From the NCBI GenBank assembly GCA_964554185.1, contig CAZKNJ010000003.1, positions 2,968-66,967 on the forward strand: a stretch of DNA of 64,000 bases, read 5' to 3'. The stretch is from an uncultured Planctomycetales bacterium. Its GTDB lineage: Bacteria; 4484-113. How positions within the stretch are numbered: the first letter of the stretch is position 1; every line of letters starts with the position of its first letter. Shown piece after piece: positions 41,550-50,816 of this stretch. Below the pieces are notes generated by a model. It was not told the origin of the DNA. It ran no database searches and saw nothing but the letters and a program-made list of their open reading frames with translations. A program made the translations under genes and the position numbers.

Positions 41550-44156
41550 ATGGGGGGGGCTAACGCTTGCCGCGTTCTCGCGGCTGCGCTCGCGTGCGCG
41601 CTGATTTTCTTCGCGTATACATCCTCCGCCGACGACGCCATTGAAGTACGCACGGGTTCCTCCGGCGAAGCTGCTCCGGCCCAGAGCGTGCAGGCGGAAC
41701 TGGCTCCCGGGGAGGAGGCAGCGCCGCCAGACGAAGCCCCACCTGCTGATGAGACGTCCCCCGAGGCTGCCGCAGAGCCTTCGGGCGATATCACCACACC
41801 GGAAGGTGCGATTGAAGTTGCCACGAAGAAGCAGGTTCCCGAACCCAAGGGCCTGACTTTCCCGGTGGAAGAAGGCGCGATGTACTTGGAGGCCTTTGAT
41901 CGCCTGGAGGTTGACCGCAACAACAAGACCGCGTTGCTGGAAGGCGACGCCCTGGTCGTCCTGGGCGACCTGCAGGTTGAGGCCGACCACATTGAGGTCA
42001 ACGACATTGCGAAGAATGTCTACCTGAAGGGCAAGGTCGCGTTGATGCAGGGCGACGACGTGATCTTTGCCGACGAAGGCTACTACAGCTACGACACTGG
42101 TATGTTCTCGCTGATCAACGTCTCTGGCAATGCCAGCGGCCAGGGCATCAACGGCGCAATCTTCTACAAGGCGGACATCGCCAAGGGACACTTGGGCGAG
42201 TACGACCTGTGGAACGCCTGGATGAGCACCTGCCCGCCGTACTGCAACGTCTACGAGTACGAGCTGCGGGCGGACAAGGCCAAGATCAAGCGCGATGTCA
42301 GCTTGACTTTGTACAACGTTTATATCTACATCCGCGAGCACAAGGTTTTCTGGTTCCCCCAGCTGGCGGTGCCTCTCAGGCGTTCCGAGCCGTTGCGCAA
42401 GACTGAGTCCCCCATTCAGCAGACTTACGGCTATAACCGCTATGAAGGCTTCTTCGCTAAGTTCGCTTACACCTACGCGGACGAGTACGACGACGAGCTT
42501 GGCGCTACGCTGCTGGGCGTCGCGCTGCTAGTGCTAACACAGAAGCAAGGGCCGGGCTTCGGCCTGCGCCAGGACTTCGCGAGCCCTCTGGGCGTCACCA
42601 CGTTGCGTGGCTTCTACCAGCGCCAGTACCAGGGGCAGCTGGACGATGTCACCGGTGTGCGTGGCGAGCCGCAGTCCAACTACGAATTTGAGGTGCTGCA
42701 GGAGCTGGATGTCGCCAGTGACCTGACGGGCAGCGCGCAGGTGAGGCGCACTAACAGCGTGTCGGGATACGGCGCGCGAAATAACAGCTGGCAGAACAAC
42801 TTCAATCTCACTTACCGCCGCCCCAGGGGCAACCTCACGCTTTCCGGCAACCAGGGCATCACCATCTCCGGCGGCCGTCCCACTACTGGTGGCACCAGCA
42901 AGGAAACCAAGCAGGATATCAGCAGCCTTAACTTCAGCTTTGACCACAAGTTCAACAACGTAGCGAGCATGGGCATTACTCACCGCATCAGCTCCAGCAA
43001 GCGCAATGACGGCGTGCCTGCGGACCTCGAGGGCACCTTCGACGCGGACCTCTCTTTCACCCGCCCGGATTATGGGCTGAAGTTCCAACTCAAGGAGCAA
43101 ATTGACTACGACGGCGACCGCAACACCACCGACGACCGGCAGTCGGTTTACAACCTGCGTCCGGGCATCGAGTTCCGGTTGCAGAAATCCGCCTTCGGCA
43201 AGAACTCGTTCATTGACAGCATGACCGTGAATTTGGACAAGGTTGTGGACCGCCGGCGTTACGAAGTGGGCGAGGGCATAGCTACCCGGATGAAGATTGA
43301 CACCAGGATGAGCCGCAGCTACAGCAACGACGAGTGGAGCTTCCGCCCCAACCTGCAGTTCACCCAGTACCTGTACTTCGACGGAAACGCGCAATGGGCG
43401 GCCAAGCCTTCCGCTGATCTCACGTACAACAATCGTGAGTGGTTCAAGTTCAACCTTAACTGGTCGCGCACGGTGCAGCGCGGCATCCAGAATCCTCCGG
43501 TGCGCCGCGACAAGGAGATGGGCCGGCAGGACATCCGCGGTTCCATAGACTTCTGGCACGACCCGTGGTGGGATGTGTCCTTCAGCTCCCGTTACGACAT
43601 GAAGAACGAGCGCTGGAGCACCCTCAACATGAAGTGGGACTGGTACCCGTCGAACGACCTGAGCGTCATCTCCAGTTCCAGCTACGACATTGAGAGCGGG
43701 GAGTTTCGGGACCTTACCACGACCGCGCGCTATTACGCCCCCTCCGGCAACTGGTGGCTCAAGACCTCTGCGACGCTTCCGCTGCAGGGCATCTCGCTGC
43801 AGCACCACCCCTTCCCGTTCAGCCGCTCGGAGATTGTGTATTCGCGCCAGTACAAACGCGGCTGGAGTTTCGGCCTGACGGCGGAACAGCGCTCGGGCGG
43901 CAACGGGCCGCTGGTTGACGATATCCGCATCACTAAGCGCAACACCTGCACCACGGTCAACATGGGCTACGCGGGGCTGAACAACGAGTTTTACATCAAC
44001 TTCTTCATCAACGCGTTCCCCAGCTATCCGGCGGAGTTCAAGGGCTACGAGCAGGCCGATAACGACTGGAAGTTTGAGTTCGCCTTGCCGACGGGATCGC
44101 GCAGTGACATTGAGCGCGGCCTGATGGGTGGGTGGAACTTCCTCGGCGGCTTCTAG
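41550..44156 (+). CDS. LptD/OstA-like outer-membrane LPS-assembly protein
   Basis: Signal peptide MGGANACRVLAAALACALIFFAYTSSA. OstA-N-like region LLEGDALVVLGDLQVEADHIEVND...VYLKGKVALMQGDDVIFADEGYY. Then roughly 650 aa rich in alternating aromatic beta strands, barrel-like. Alternative in-frame starts at 41457, 41481 and 41532. Confidence 0.55.
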   Translation: MGGANACRVLAAALACALIFFAYTSSADDAIEVRTGSSGEAAPAQSVQAELAPGEEAAPPDEAPPADETSPEAAAEPSGDITTPEGAIEVATKKQVPEPKGLTFPVEEGAMYLEAFDRLEVDRNNKTALLEGDALVVLGDLQVEADHIEVNDIAKNVYLKGKVALMQGDDVIFADEGYYSYDTGMFSLINVSGNASGQGINGAIFYKADIAKGHLGEYDLWNAWMSTCPPYCNVYEYELRADKAKIKRDVSLTLYNVYIYIREHKVFWFPQLAVPLRRSEPLRKTESPIQQTYGYNRYEGFFAKFAYTYADEYDDELGATLLGVALLVLTQKQGPGFGLRQDFASPLGVTTLRGFYQRQYQGQLDDVTGVRGEPQSNYEFEVLQELDVASDLTGSAQVRRTNSVSGYGARNNSWQNNFNLTYRRPRGNLTLSGNQGITISGGRPTTGGTSKETKQDISSLNFSFDHKFNNVASMGITHRISSSKRNDGVPADLEGTFDADLSFTRPDYGLKFQLKEQIDYDGDRNTTDDRQSVYNLRPGIEFRLQKSAFGKNSFIDSMTVNLDKVVDRRRYEVGEGIATRMKIDTRMSRSYSNDEWSFRPNLQFTQYLYFDGNAQWAAKPSADLTYNNREWFKFNLNWSRTVQRGIQNPPVRRDKEMGRQDIRGSIDFWHDPWWDVSFSSRYDMKNERWSTLNMKWDWYPSNDLSVISSSSYDIESGEFRDLTTTARYYAPSGNWWLKTSATLPLQGISLQHHPFPFSRSEIVYSRQYKRGWSFGLTAEQRSGGNGPLVDDIRITKRNTCTTVNMGYAGLNNEFYINFFINAFPSYPAEFKGYEQADNDWKFEFALPTGSRSDIERGLMGGWNFLGGF

Positions 44157-45250
44157 GCCTCTGCGTGTTCCTCGGTCTTCGGCGGTTCAGACCGCGGCAG
44201 AATGGATGTCACGATTGCCTTCTGCGTCTCTTGGCGGCTGCGGTACTGGGCAATGAGCGACCGGAAGCGCTCGGCGCTGAAGGCGTGCTGCGCTCGTTCC
44301 AACAGCTCTTCGGCGGTGGCTTCATGCAGCGCGTCGCGCACAAAGCAGGGCATCCCCGCTTCCTTGCAGAAACTCATCAGCTTGGGGTCGTCGCCGATGC
44401 CAATGAACGGGACTTTGGCGGCCAGTGCCGCCACCAGCCCGTGGTAACGCTCGCTGACCAGCAGCTGGCAGCCCGGCAGCCGCCGCGAGAACTCCTGTGC
44501 GGCCATCACATCCACCCGCTCGTGCGGGAAGATTGTGCGCACACGTATCTCGCGGATGAAGTCCAGATCTGAGCTCTGTAGCGCTGCCAGGTAAACCGCG
44601 TGTGTGCGGGGCACGCTGCCAATGATGAACTCCATCGCCTCCTGCGCCAATCCCGCCCGCAGCACAAAGGCAAACACCTTCTTGGGGGTGTCCTTCTCGA
44701 CATCTCCGAACGGCTGCTCGCAGGAGAACACGCCGTCGCTGGAAAGATGCAGCCGGTCGGCGGGCACCGTGTCTCGCACCCACTCCAGCGTCTCCTGGTC
44801 ACGCGCAGTGAACAACGAAAGCTTGCCCAGCGCGGCCTTTGTCGCGCGCACATAGTTGTCGCCGGTAACCGGGCCAATGCCCTGGTTGAGCATCAGCGCG
44901 TGCTTGCCCCGCGCGCCGAAGCGCTTGATGAGCGAAAGATAGAAGGTTAGCGAGCGGTTGCTGGTCTTGTTCTGCAGGAGACTGCCACCAGGGCAAAACA
45001 GATAGCGGTAGCGTGCCAGTACTGGCGAGAACTGCAAGAACGGCGTCATTCGCACCACACCGAGCTGAGGGTACAAGTCCTGCAGCTCGGCAACATAGCC
45101 CTTGCCCACAGGATTTCGCACCGTTACCGCGAGCCGAATTCCCGCCTGCTCCAGCAGTTCGCGGTAGGACCGCAGAAAGCTGCGGAGTATCAGCTCGTCG
45201 CCCCAGTTGTCCGCCCCGAAGTATCCCAACACTAGCGCTTGTCCCGCCAT
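44153..45250 (-). CDS. csaB: polysaccharide pyruvyl transferase (CsaB family)
   Basis: 365 aa. N-terminal LVLGYFGADNWGDELILRSFL, typical of the CsaB/PvgA pyruvyl transferase family. Confidence 0.65.
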   Translation of the reverse strand: MAGQALVLGYFGADNWGDELILRSFLRSYRELLEQAGIRLAVTVRNPVGKGYVAELQDLYPQLGVVRMTPFLQFSPVLARYRYLFCPGGSLLQNKTSNRSLTFYLSLIKRFGARGKHALMLNQGIGPVTGDNYVRATKAALGKLSLFTARDQETLEWVRDTVPADRLHLSSDGVFSCEQPFGDVEKDTPKKVFAFVLRAGLAQEAMEFIIGSVPRTHAVYLAALQSSDLDFIREIRVRTIFPHERVDVMAAQEFSRRLPGCQLLVSERYHGLVAALAAKVPFIGIGDDPKLMSFCKEAGMPCFVRDALHEATAEELLERAQHAFSAERFRSLIAQYRSRQETQKAIVTSILPRSEPPKTEEHAEA

Positions 45251-47251
45251 CTAGCCCCCCCCTTGTCCTCCAAGCTTGATGCTGATAAGCCGGACCAGCC
45301 ACCAGATGAAATAGGTCACCACAAAGGCTGCCAGCCCCAGTATCAGGCCGATTTCGCTGCGGTACATGCTGACGAGCACCGGCGTGTGCAGGTGCGAGAA
45401 GGTGTTCACGACGCTGCACATTCCGAGCATTCCCGCCGCGAGCAGCAACAGCAGGCTGCGATGGCTCCACGGCATCAGCGTGAAGAACCATAGCAGCGCG
45501 AAGTGTCCGGCGATTTCGGTGGTCCGCGGGCGTACGGCAAACAGCCGCTCCAGGTTGCCGCGCACGCTCGATTCCGATTGGCTGACCAAGAAGCCGAACT
45601 CGTTGCCGGCGCGCATCATCGCCAGCGCCAACGCCGCCGCGAGAATGAACACCAGCGCCATATCCAGTGCCGTGAAAGGGTAGGCCATTAGCCGGTTGAT
45701 GCGGGCGTACATGCTGCGGGCCGCGGGCGCCCAGCCCATCGTGTTCAGGTTGAACGCATACGCGAGTATCAAGAGCACCGGCAGGCTGCGCGAGAGGAGC
45801 ACGCCGTGGAAGAACTCGATCTTGGTGAATGCCGCCACGCTGATGATGAGCGACTGCACGATCAGCCCGCCGAGCAGCGCAAAGACGAACGTCACGGCGA
45901 AGGCGGTGACGGCTTGCGTGCCGGGCAGCGTACGGCCATTGCGCCTAAGCAACATTGTGTAACCGAAGGCGTATCCTATCCCCACCAGCGGGAAAGCCAG
46001 CGCCGCCGCCAGCGCCGCCAGCCCTCGAAGCTGGTCCGATGCGGCCACAACGAAGCTCGCAGGAATCGCCGCCAGCATCGTTGCGGGATGGTGGAAGAAC
46101 GTCTCCAGCCGCCCGCCCGGCAGGAAGATGAGCACGAACCACATCACTCCCAGATAAACCAGCAGCACCACCGGCGCGCGCAGGAACAACGGTGGGTCCG
46201 CCGAGGGGTTGGCGGGCTCCAGCGAAACCTCGTACTTGAGCTCATCGCGGATGCTCTGCGCTAACCCGTCCAGAAACTCCTGGTTCGCCCGCGCTGCCGC
46301 AATCCCTAGGGTCTCAGCGGGCTGGATTGCCAGCGACGGTGTAATGGGATGCAAATACAACACCCGCGGATTGCGCTCGCGCAGCGCCCGCAAGTACCTT
46401 TCCTTCATCGCGAGCGGGCTCAACGGCGGCATCTCTTCTTGTGGGATGGAATGCACCCAGTAGATTGATGAGGGTTTCAGGCGCGCGGCCAGCCCGCGGT
46501 CGCCGTCGGTCTTGGAGAACTCCACGAGGCCCAGCTCGCCCGTGAAAAGCTCCGCGGTGTCCGCTAGCCCGCCGGGGAATCCTGGCACCTGCGTGCCGGA
46601 GAAGATGACCAGCGACGAGGCATGCGGATGGTCCGGTATCCACGAGAACTTCTCCTCCAGCCCCGCACGGTCGTACAGCCCGTTGCCGTTGGGGCGGAAG
46701 ACATACGCATAGGACTCCGGCAGCGGGAAGCTGGGCTGCACATAGAAACCAAGCGCCAGAGCGTTCGTTTGCTCCTCGGGCAGCGGCGGCAACACCAGCG
46801 ATACACGGAAGCTGGGAGTGCCAACCATCCCGAAGTTCTCTGCCACCTGCACATCAAACCCATCGGTTAGCTGGTAGCTCAGGCTGCGCTGGATCCGCGC
46901 CGCCAGCTTCTCACCGTTCAGCCGCCCCCGGTCAAACAGCAGCGTGCTGGGAATGCTGGCAAGAAACACATCCCCCGTGCCCGGCGCGGAGGCCACGCGG
47001 GTCATGTATCCCAGTTCCCGCAGGCTGCGCACTGTGGCTTCATTCACGCCGATGGCGGCGGGTGAGGGTAGGCTCAGCGTCACGCCGTCCCGCGCCAGCC
47101 GGCCGTAGGTTGTGGCGTCAAACACCAGCATCACCTTGCGGTATTCCGCGTCCCATCCGGTGCGCATCACGAGAATGCCGATGAGCGCCAGTGTACCCAC
47201 AGCCAGGTACAGCGCGGTAAGCCAGTTCCGTATGCCCCAGTTTCGCGTCAT
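45251..47251 (-). CDS. large polytopic membrane protein (DUF5693-like), cotranscribed with csaB
   Basis: 666 aa. One N-terminal TM, then a roughly 330-aa extracytoplasmic domain, then about 9 C-terminal TM helices. Its stop abuts the csaB start. Confidence 0.5.
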   Translation of the reverse strand: MTRNWGIRNWLTALYLAVGTLALIGILVMRTGWDAEYRKVMLVFDATTYGRLARDGVTLSLPSPAAIGVNEATVRSLRELGYMTRVASAPGTGDVFLASIPSTLLFDRGRLNGEKLAARIQRSLSYQLTDGFDVQVAENFGMVGTPSFRVSLVLPPLPEEQTNALALGFYVQPSFPLPESYAYVFRPNGNGLYDRAGLEEKFSWIPDHPHASSLVIFSGTQVPGFPGGLADTAELFTGELGLVEFSKTDGDRGLAARLKPSSIYWVHSIPQEEMPPLSPLAMKERYLRALRERNPRVLYLHPITPSLAIQPAETLGIAAARANQEFLDGLAQSIRDELKYEVSLEPANPSADPPLFLRAPVVLLVYLGVMWFVLIFLPGGRLETFFHHPATMLAAIPASFVVAASDQLRGLAALAAALAFPLVGIGYAFGYTMLLRRNGRTLPGTQAVTAFAVTFVFALLGGLIVQSLIISVAAFTKIEFFHGVLLSRSLPVLLILAYAFNLNTMGWAPAARSMYARINRLMAYPFTALDMALVFILAAALALAMMRAGNEFGFLVSQSESSVRGNLERLFAVRPRTTEIAGHFALLWFFTLMPWSHRSLLLLLAAGMLGMCSVVNTFSHLHTPVLVSMYRSEIGLILGLAAFVVTYFIWWLVRLISIKLGGQGGG

Positions 47252-47255
47252 AGAG

Positions 47256-47663
47256 CTACTCAGGTTTCAGCCCACGGGCCATTATCACAGCTTTGGCGCC
47301 GAAGGTGATTCTAACTTCTTCCCCCGGACCCACCAGGTAATGGTGCCCCACGGCAAGTGAAGCGCCTTCCGCGTTGCGGCCTTCGGTGAGGTCAATCAGC
47401 ATCGCGCGGTCAAAGTTGGCCTCGCGCAGCGGCAGCGCTCCGCCGTCCGCGCCCGCCACCACGAGTTCCACACCGGTGGGCAGCTTCATAAACGCGCCTG
47501 CCTCCACCGTGCGCTCAACCCAGGTTGCGCGCCAGTCCACATAGCTGCGCGTGACGATGGGGTCGCCTTCGCTGCCGGGAGGAGGGGACTTCGCCAGCAC
47601 GATGCCCGCCAGCACCAGCACCAGCAAAACAGACGCGAGCGTAATTCGCGGAAGCAGTTTCAT
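47256..47663 (-). CDS. small secreted hypothetical protein
   Basis: 135 aa. Signal peptide. GAGGAG RBS. No recognisable domain. Confidence 0.45.
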   Translation of the reverse strand: MKLLPRITLASVLLVLVLAGIVLAKSPPPGSEGDPIVTRSYVDWRATWVERTVEAGAFMKLPTGVELVVAGADGGALPLREANFDRAMLIDLTEGRNAEGASLAVGHHYLVGPGEEVRITFGAKAVIMARGLKPE

Positions 47664-47666
47664 ATA

Positions 47667-48449
47667 TTACTCCTCGGGTTTCGGCTGTGTGCCTTCCTCC
47701 AGGACGGCCACGCCCTTGGTGTGCGCCTGCACATGCAGCTTGCCGTCCGCCACATAGAAGTCGTCAATGTACAAATCGCCCTGCATGTCGCCAATTTCCA
47801 GGCGCGGCGCCAGGCGCACGAACACGCTTTCCAGCAAGTCGCGCCCGATGCTGAGCATCCCCAGGTCAAAGTCGTTCACCCGGAAGGCAATCTCGCGCCG
47901 GTCAATAAGCTTGAAGTAGCCGTTCACCCGCAGCTCAAACTCCCGCCCCAGCAGCTCCGTCCTGGCCGTGACCTCAACCAGCGGAAGCTCGTCGCCTTCA
48001 GCGTCCTTGAACTTCACCTCAAGATCACTGACGCCGAAACGGCCGGCGCGTTCCGCCCAGGCCGCCGCCAGGTCTTCCGGCCGTATAGCGAAGGACACCG
48101 CGGCGTAGTCCACTTCCTTCAGCACCGGGTTCTTGCGGGTCACCAGGTTGAGAATGTCAAAGGACAGGCGCTCGGCCTCAAACTCCACGTTCTCCACCCG
48201 GATGCCCGAGATGGATGCTTCGGGCGAGGAAAGGTGGATGGAATCCACTTCTCCGTTCAGTGTGTCCATTATGTCGCCGGGCTCGATCGTCACCACCGAG
48301 CTGGGAGGCAGCATGAACTTGCGCCGGAGCGCATCCGCCAGCTCCGTGTGCATAGTCTGCAGCAGCAGGTAATAGCCCCCCGCTGCGAGGAGCAACACGA
48401 CAACGATCAGCGTGAAGACAAACTGGACAAGCCGGCGGAGGCAACCCAC
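47667..48449 (-). CDS. LmeA-like (DUF2993) envelope lipid-binding protein
   Basis: 260 aa. N-terminal TM, then the elongated beta-rich architecture typical of DUF2993. GTG start immediately after the FG-GAP gene stop. Confidence 0.45.
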   Translation of the reverse strand: MGCLRRLVQFVFTLIVVVLLLAAGGYYLLLQTMHTELADALRRKFMLPPSSVVTIEPGDIMDTLNGEVDSIHLSSPEASISGIRVENVEFEAERLSFDILNLVTRKNPVLKEVDYAAVSFAIRPEDLAAAWAERAGRFGVSDLEVKFKDAEGDELPLVEVTARTELLGREFELRVNGYFKLIDRREIAFRVNDFDLGMLSIGRDLLESVFVRLAPRLEIGDMQGDLYIDDFYVADGKLHVQAHTKGVAVLEEGTQPKPEE

Positions 48450-50243
48450 TCAGTTGACCTCCACCCGCCAGTTCACGATATCCGCCTCGTCCGGCGGATC
48501 CACTGCCACATTCTCTTGCCCCTGCGGCTCATATTGGTACTCGGCTTCGTCGGCCTCGAATCCGACAGTCTCTTTCACCACTATAGGTTTCAATAGGTAG
48601 TCATACACAATGCCCTGGTTATCTGGGTTAGTGTAGATATCAATGCCCGTATCAAACACCATGAAGTCCACCAGGAAATCGTCCGGAATCGCGCCGTTCA
48701 GGTCGGTGAACAACACTGGATCCAGCCGCACGGAAAAGGAGTTGCGGCCAATGGTTATCCCCTGATCCCAGTTAACTGTGTTGATATTCTCCGGTAACTC
48801 GTCCGTCCAGTGGGAAATGACGCCTTCAAGTGTGCCCGCAGCCGTACCGCGCAATAGCGCAACCGAGTTGCCGTCAATGCCATCGTACGAATTGGCTACC
48901 GCCAGATCCTGGTTGCCGTCTCCGTTGAAATCAACGCTGACGCCGGCCCAGGGGTGCCTTCCGACCGTCACGCGCTGCGCTGTGACAAAGCCGCCGTCTT
49001 CGTTTTGCAGCATTAGCCGCACCTGATTACCCTGCTCGGCGTCCGCGCTCTCTACTACCACGATATCAAGCGCGGTGTCATCGTTATAGTGGCCGATTAT
49101 CGCGTCGGTGGGGCTGGCGCCGACCTTCAGCAGCTCCGGTGCGCCATACCCGCCGCTGCCATCGCTGAGGACGATCATTATCGTGTTCCCGGGGTCGGCG
49201 TTCATGGTGGAAGTGACCACGAAATCGTCCGCTTCGTCACCGTTAAGGTCGCCCACCGCGAGGCCCAGCGGAGCCGGATCCGTGTCAAACGAGTAAGCCT
49301 CGGTGAAGGTGCCGTCGCCGTTGCCCGCCAGCAGCATCAGGCTGTTGCCCCCGTCGCCGTTGAAGCTGTTCACCACCGCCAGGTCAACATGCTCATCGCC
49401 GTTGATGTCGGCGGTCTTGATAGTCGTGGGATTGACCCCCACCAGCGTGAAAACGGGGTCGCCCAATCCCGCTTCCTCCTTGGGAATAACGGCTATGCAG
49501 TTGCCCTCATCGCTGTCGGTGAAGAGCGCGACCGCAATATCATCCACTCCGTCGCCGGTGAAGTCTGCCACCGCCAGCCCGTAAGGCTGCGCCGGTAATG
49601 GAAGCGTCGTGGCTGCGTTGAAGGTTCCGTCGCCCTTGCCGCGCAGAAAGGACAGCGAGTTGCCTTCCTCGGTATCGGCATGGTTGCTGACCACGATATC
49701 CACGTTCTCGTCCGCGTCCAGCATGAACGGCGCGAGGGCGATCGGCTCGTCGCCGGCGGCATACTCCGTGTGGCTGCCAAAGGTCCCGTTCAGGCCTCCC
49801 AACAGGACGCTTATGTTGTCCGATAAGGAGTTGGCGGTCACCAGATCCAGTAACTCATCGCCGTTCAGGTCAACTGCGACGATGGCCTTCGGGCCCGTCC
49901 CCACCGTGTTGAACGCCGCGGATTCGGCCTTGGAAAGAGTGGTTACTACTCTCTCGCCGGCCTCGTTAATGTGCATCATTATGTAGCGCTCCCAGTTCTT
50001 GCCGCGCTCATCGCCGGAGACCTCCCAGTTAGGGCGAGCCTGATCCGTAGTGCTGGGGCTGTTGGTGAAGTTGAAAACCATGAAATAATAGAACTGGTCC
50101 GTGAACTCGCCTTGGGTATAGAAGGTGAGAATTATTTCAATGGGCTCGGCTGTAGAGGGAGCGCCAGCCGTCTTGTCCCTTGCGCAGGTCGCAATCAAGC
50201 AGCATGCAGCTGCCGCTACCGCTAGTAAGCTGAAGTATCTCAC
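48450..50243 (-). CDS. secreted FG-GAP/VCBS repeat protein (integrin-alpha-like beta-propeller)
   Basis: 597 aa. Repeated DLNGDELLDLVTAN, DFTGDGVDDIAVA, DINGDEHVDLAVVN, DLNGDEADDFVVT and DFNGDGNQDLAVAN. Signal peptide. GTG start. Confidence 0.75.
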   Translation of the reverse strand: MRYFSLLAVAAAACCLIATCARDKTAGAPSTAEPIEIILTFYTQGEFTDQFYYFMVFNFTNSPSTTDQARPNWEVSGDERGKNWERYIMMHINEAGERVVTTLSKAESAAFNTVGTGPKAIVAVDLNGDELLDLVTANSLSDNISVLLGGLNGTFGSHTEYAAGDEPIALAPFMLDADENVDIVVSNHADTEEGNSLSFLRGKGDGTFNAATTLPLPAQPYGLAVADFTGDGVDDIAVALFTDSDEGNCIAVIPKEEAGLGDPVFTLVGVNPTTIKTADINGDEHVDLAVVNSFNGDGGNSLMLLAGNGDGTFTEAYSFDTDPAPLGLAVGDLNGDEADDFVVTSTMNADPGNTIMIVLSDGSGGYGAPELLKVGASPTDAIIGHYNDDTALDIVVVESADAEQGNQVRLMLQNEDGGFVTAQRVTVGRHPWAGVSVDFNGDGNQDLAVANSYDGIDGNSVALLRGTAAGTLEGVISHWTDELPENINTVNWDQGITIGRNSFSVRLDPVLFTDLNGAIPDDFLVDFMVFDTGIDIYTNPDNQGIVYDYLLKPIVVKETVGFEADEAEYQYEPQGQENVAVDPPDEADIVNWRVEVN

Positions 50244-50288
50244 GACCTAGATTATAGCAGCGAGCACATATCCGTCGGCCCGAGGCTG

Positions 50289-50816
50289 CTACTCAAACTC
50301 AATCAGTTCTTGGTCCAAGGCGACCGTGTCGCCGGGCTTGACCTTCAGAGCTTTCACCACGCCGTCCACGGTGGAGGTGATCTCGTTCTCCATTTTCATC
50401 GCTTCCAGGACGGCGACCACATTCCCCAGCTCCACCTTGTCGCCCGGCTTAACGTACAGCTCCAGTATCTTCCCGGGCATGGGCGCTGGGATGGATTTCA
50501 GCGCGCTGGGTCCTGCTCCTTCCTTGGCGAACTTCGCAAGGAGGTGTTCAAGCTGCTCTTGCTGGGGGGTCTTGATCTGCACTTCGTAGCTCTGATATCC
50601 CAGGTTGACTTCGGCCAACCGCCCGCGCACGCGCGAGTACTCGTAGAAGCCGATGCGGTTGCTGATACCCATGGTGATGGACGTGGGCTTCAGCTCCACC
50701 ACCTCGGTAGACACCTCTTCGCCGTCCACCGTAAGAATGAAAATGCCTTCATGCTCCGAGTCGGGCTCAATCACGATGTTGTAGGGCTTGCCCTGCACGA
50801 CACTGACGAACTTCAT
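50289..50816 (-). CDS. biotin carboxyl carrier protein / biotin-lipoyl attachment domain protein
   Basis: C-terminal GNVVAVLEAMKMENEITS biotinylation motif (EAMKM). Confidence 0.75.
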   Translation of the reverse strand: MKFVSVVQGKPYNIVIEPDSEHEGIFILTVDGEEVSTEVVELKPTSITMGISNRIGFYEYSRVRGRLAEVNLGYQSYEVQIKTPQQEQLEHLLAKFAKEGAGPSALKSIPAPMPGKILELYVKPGDKVELGNVVAVLEAMKMENEITSTVDGVVKALKVKPGDTVALDQELIEFE

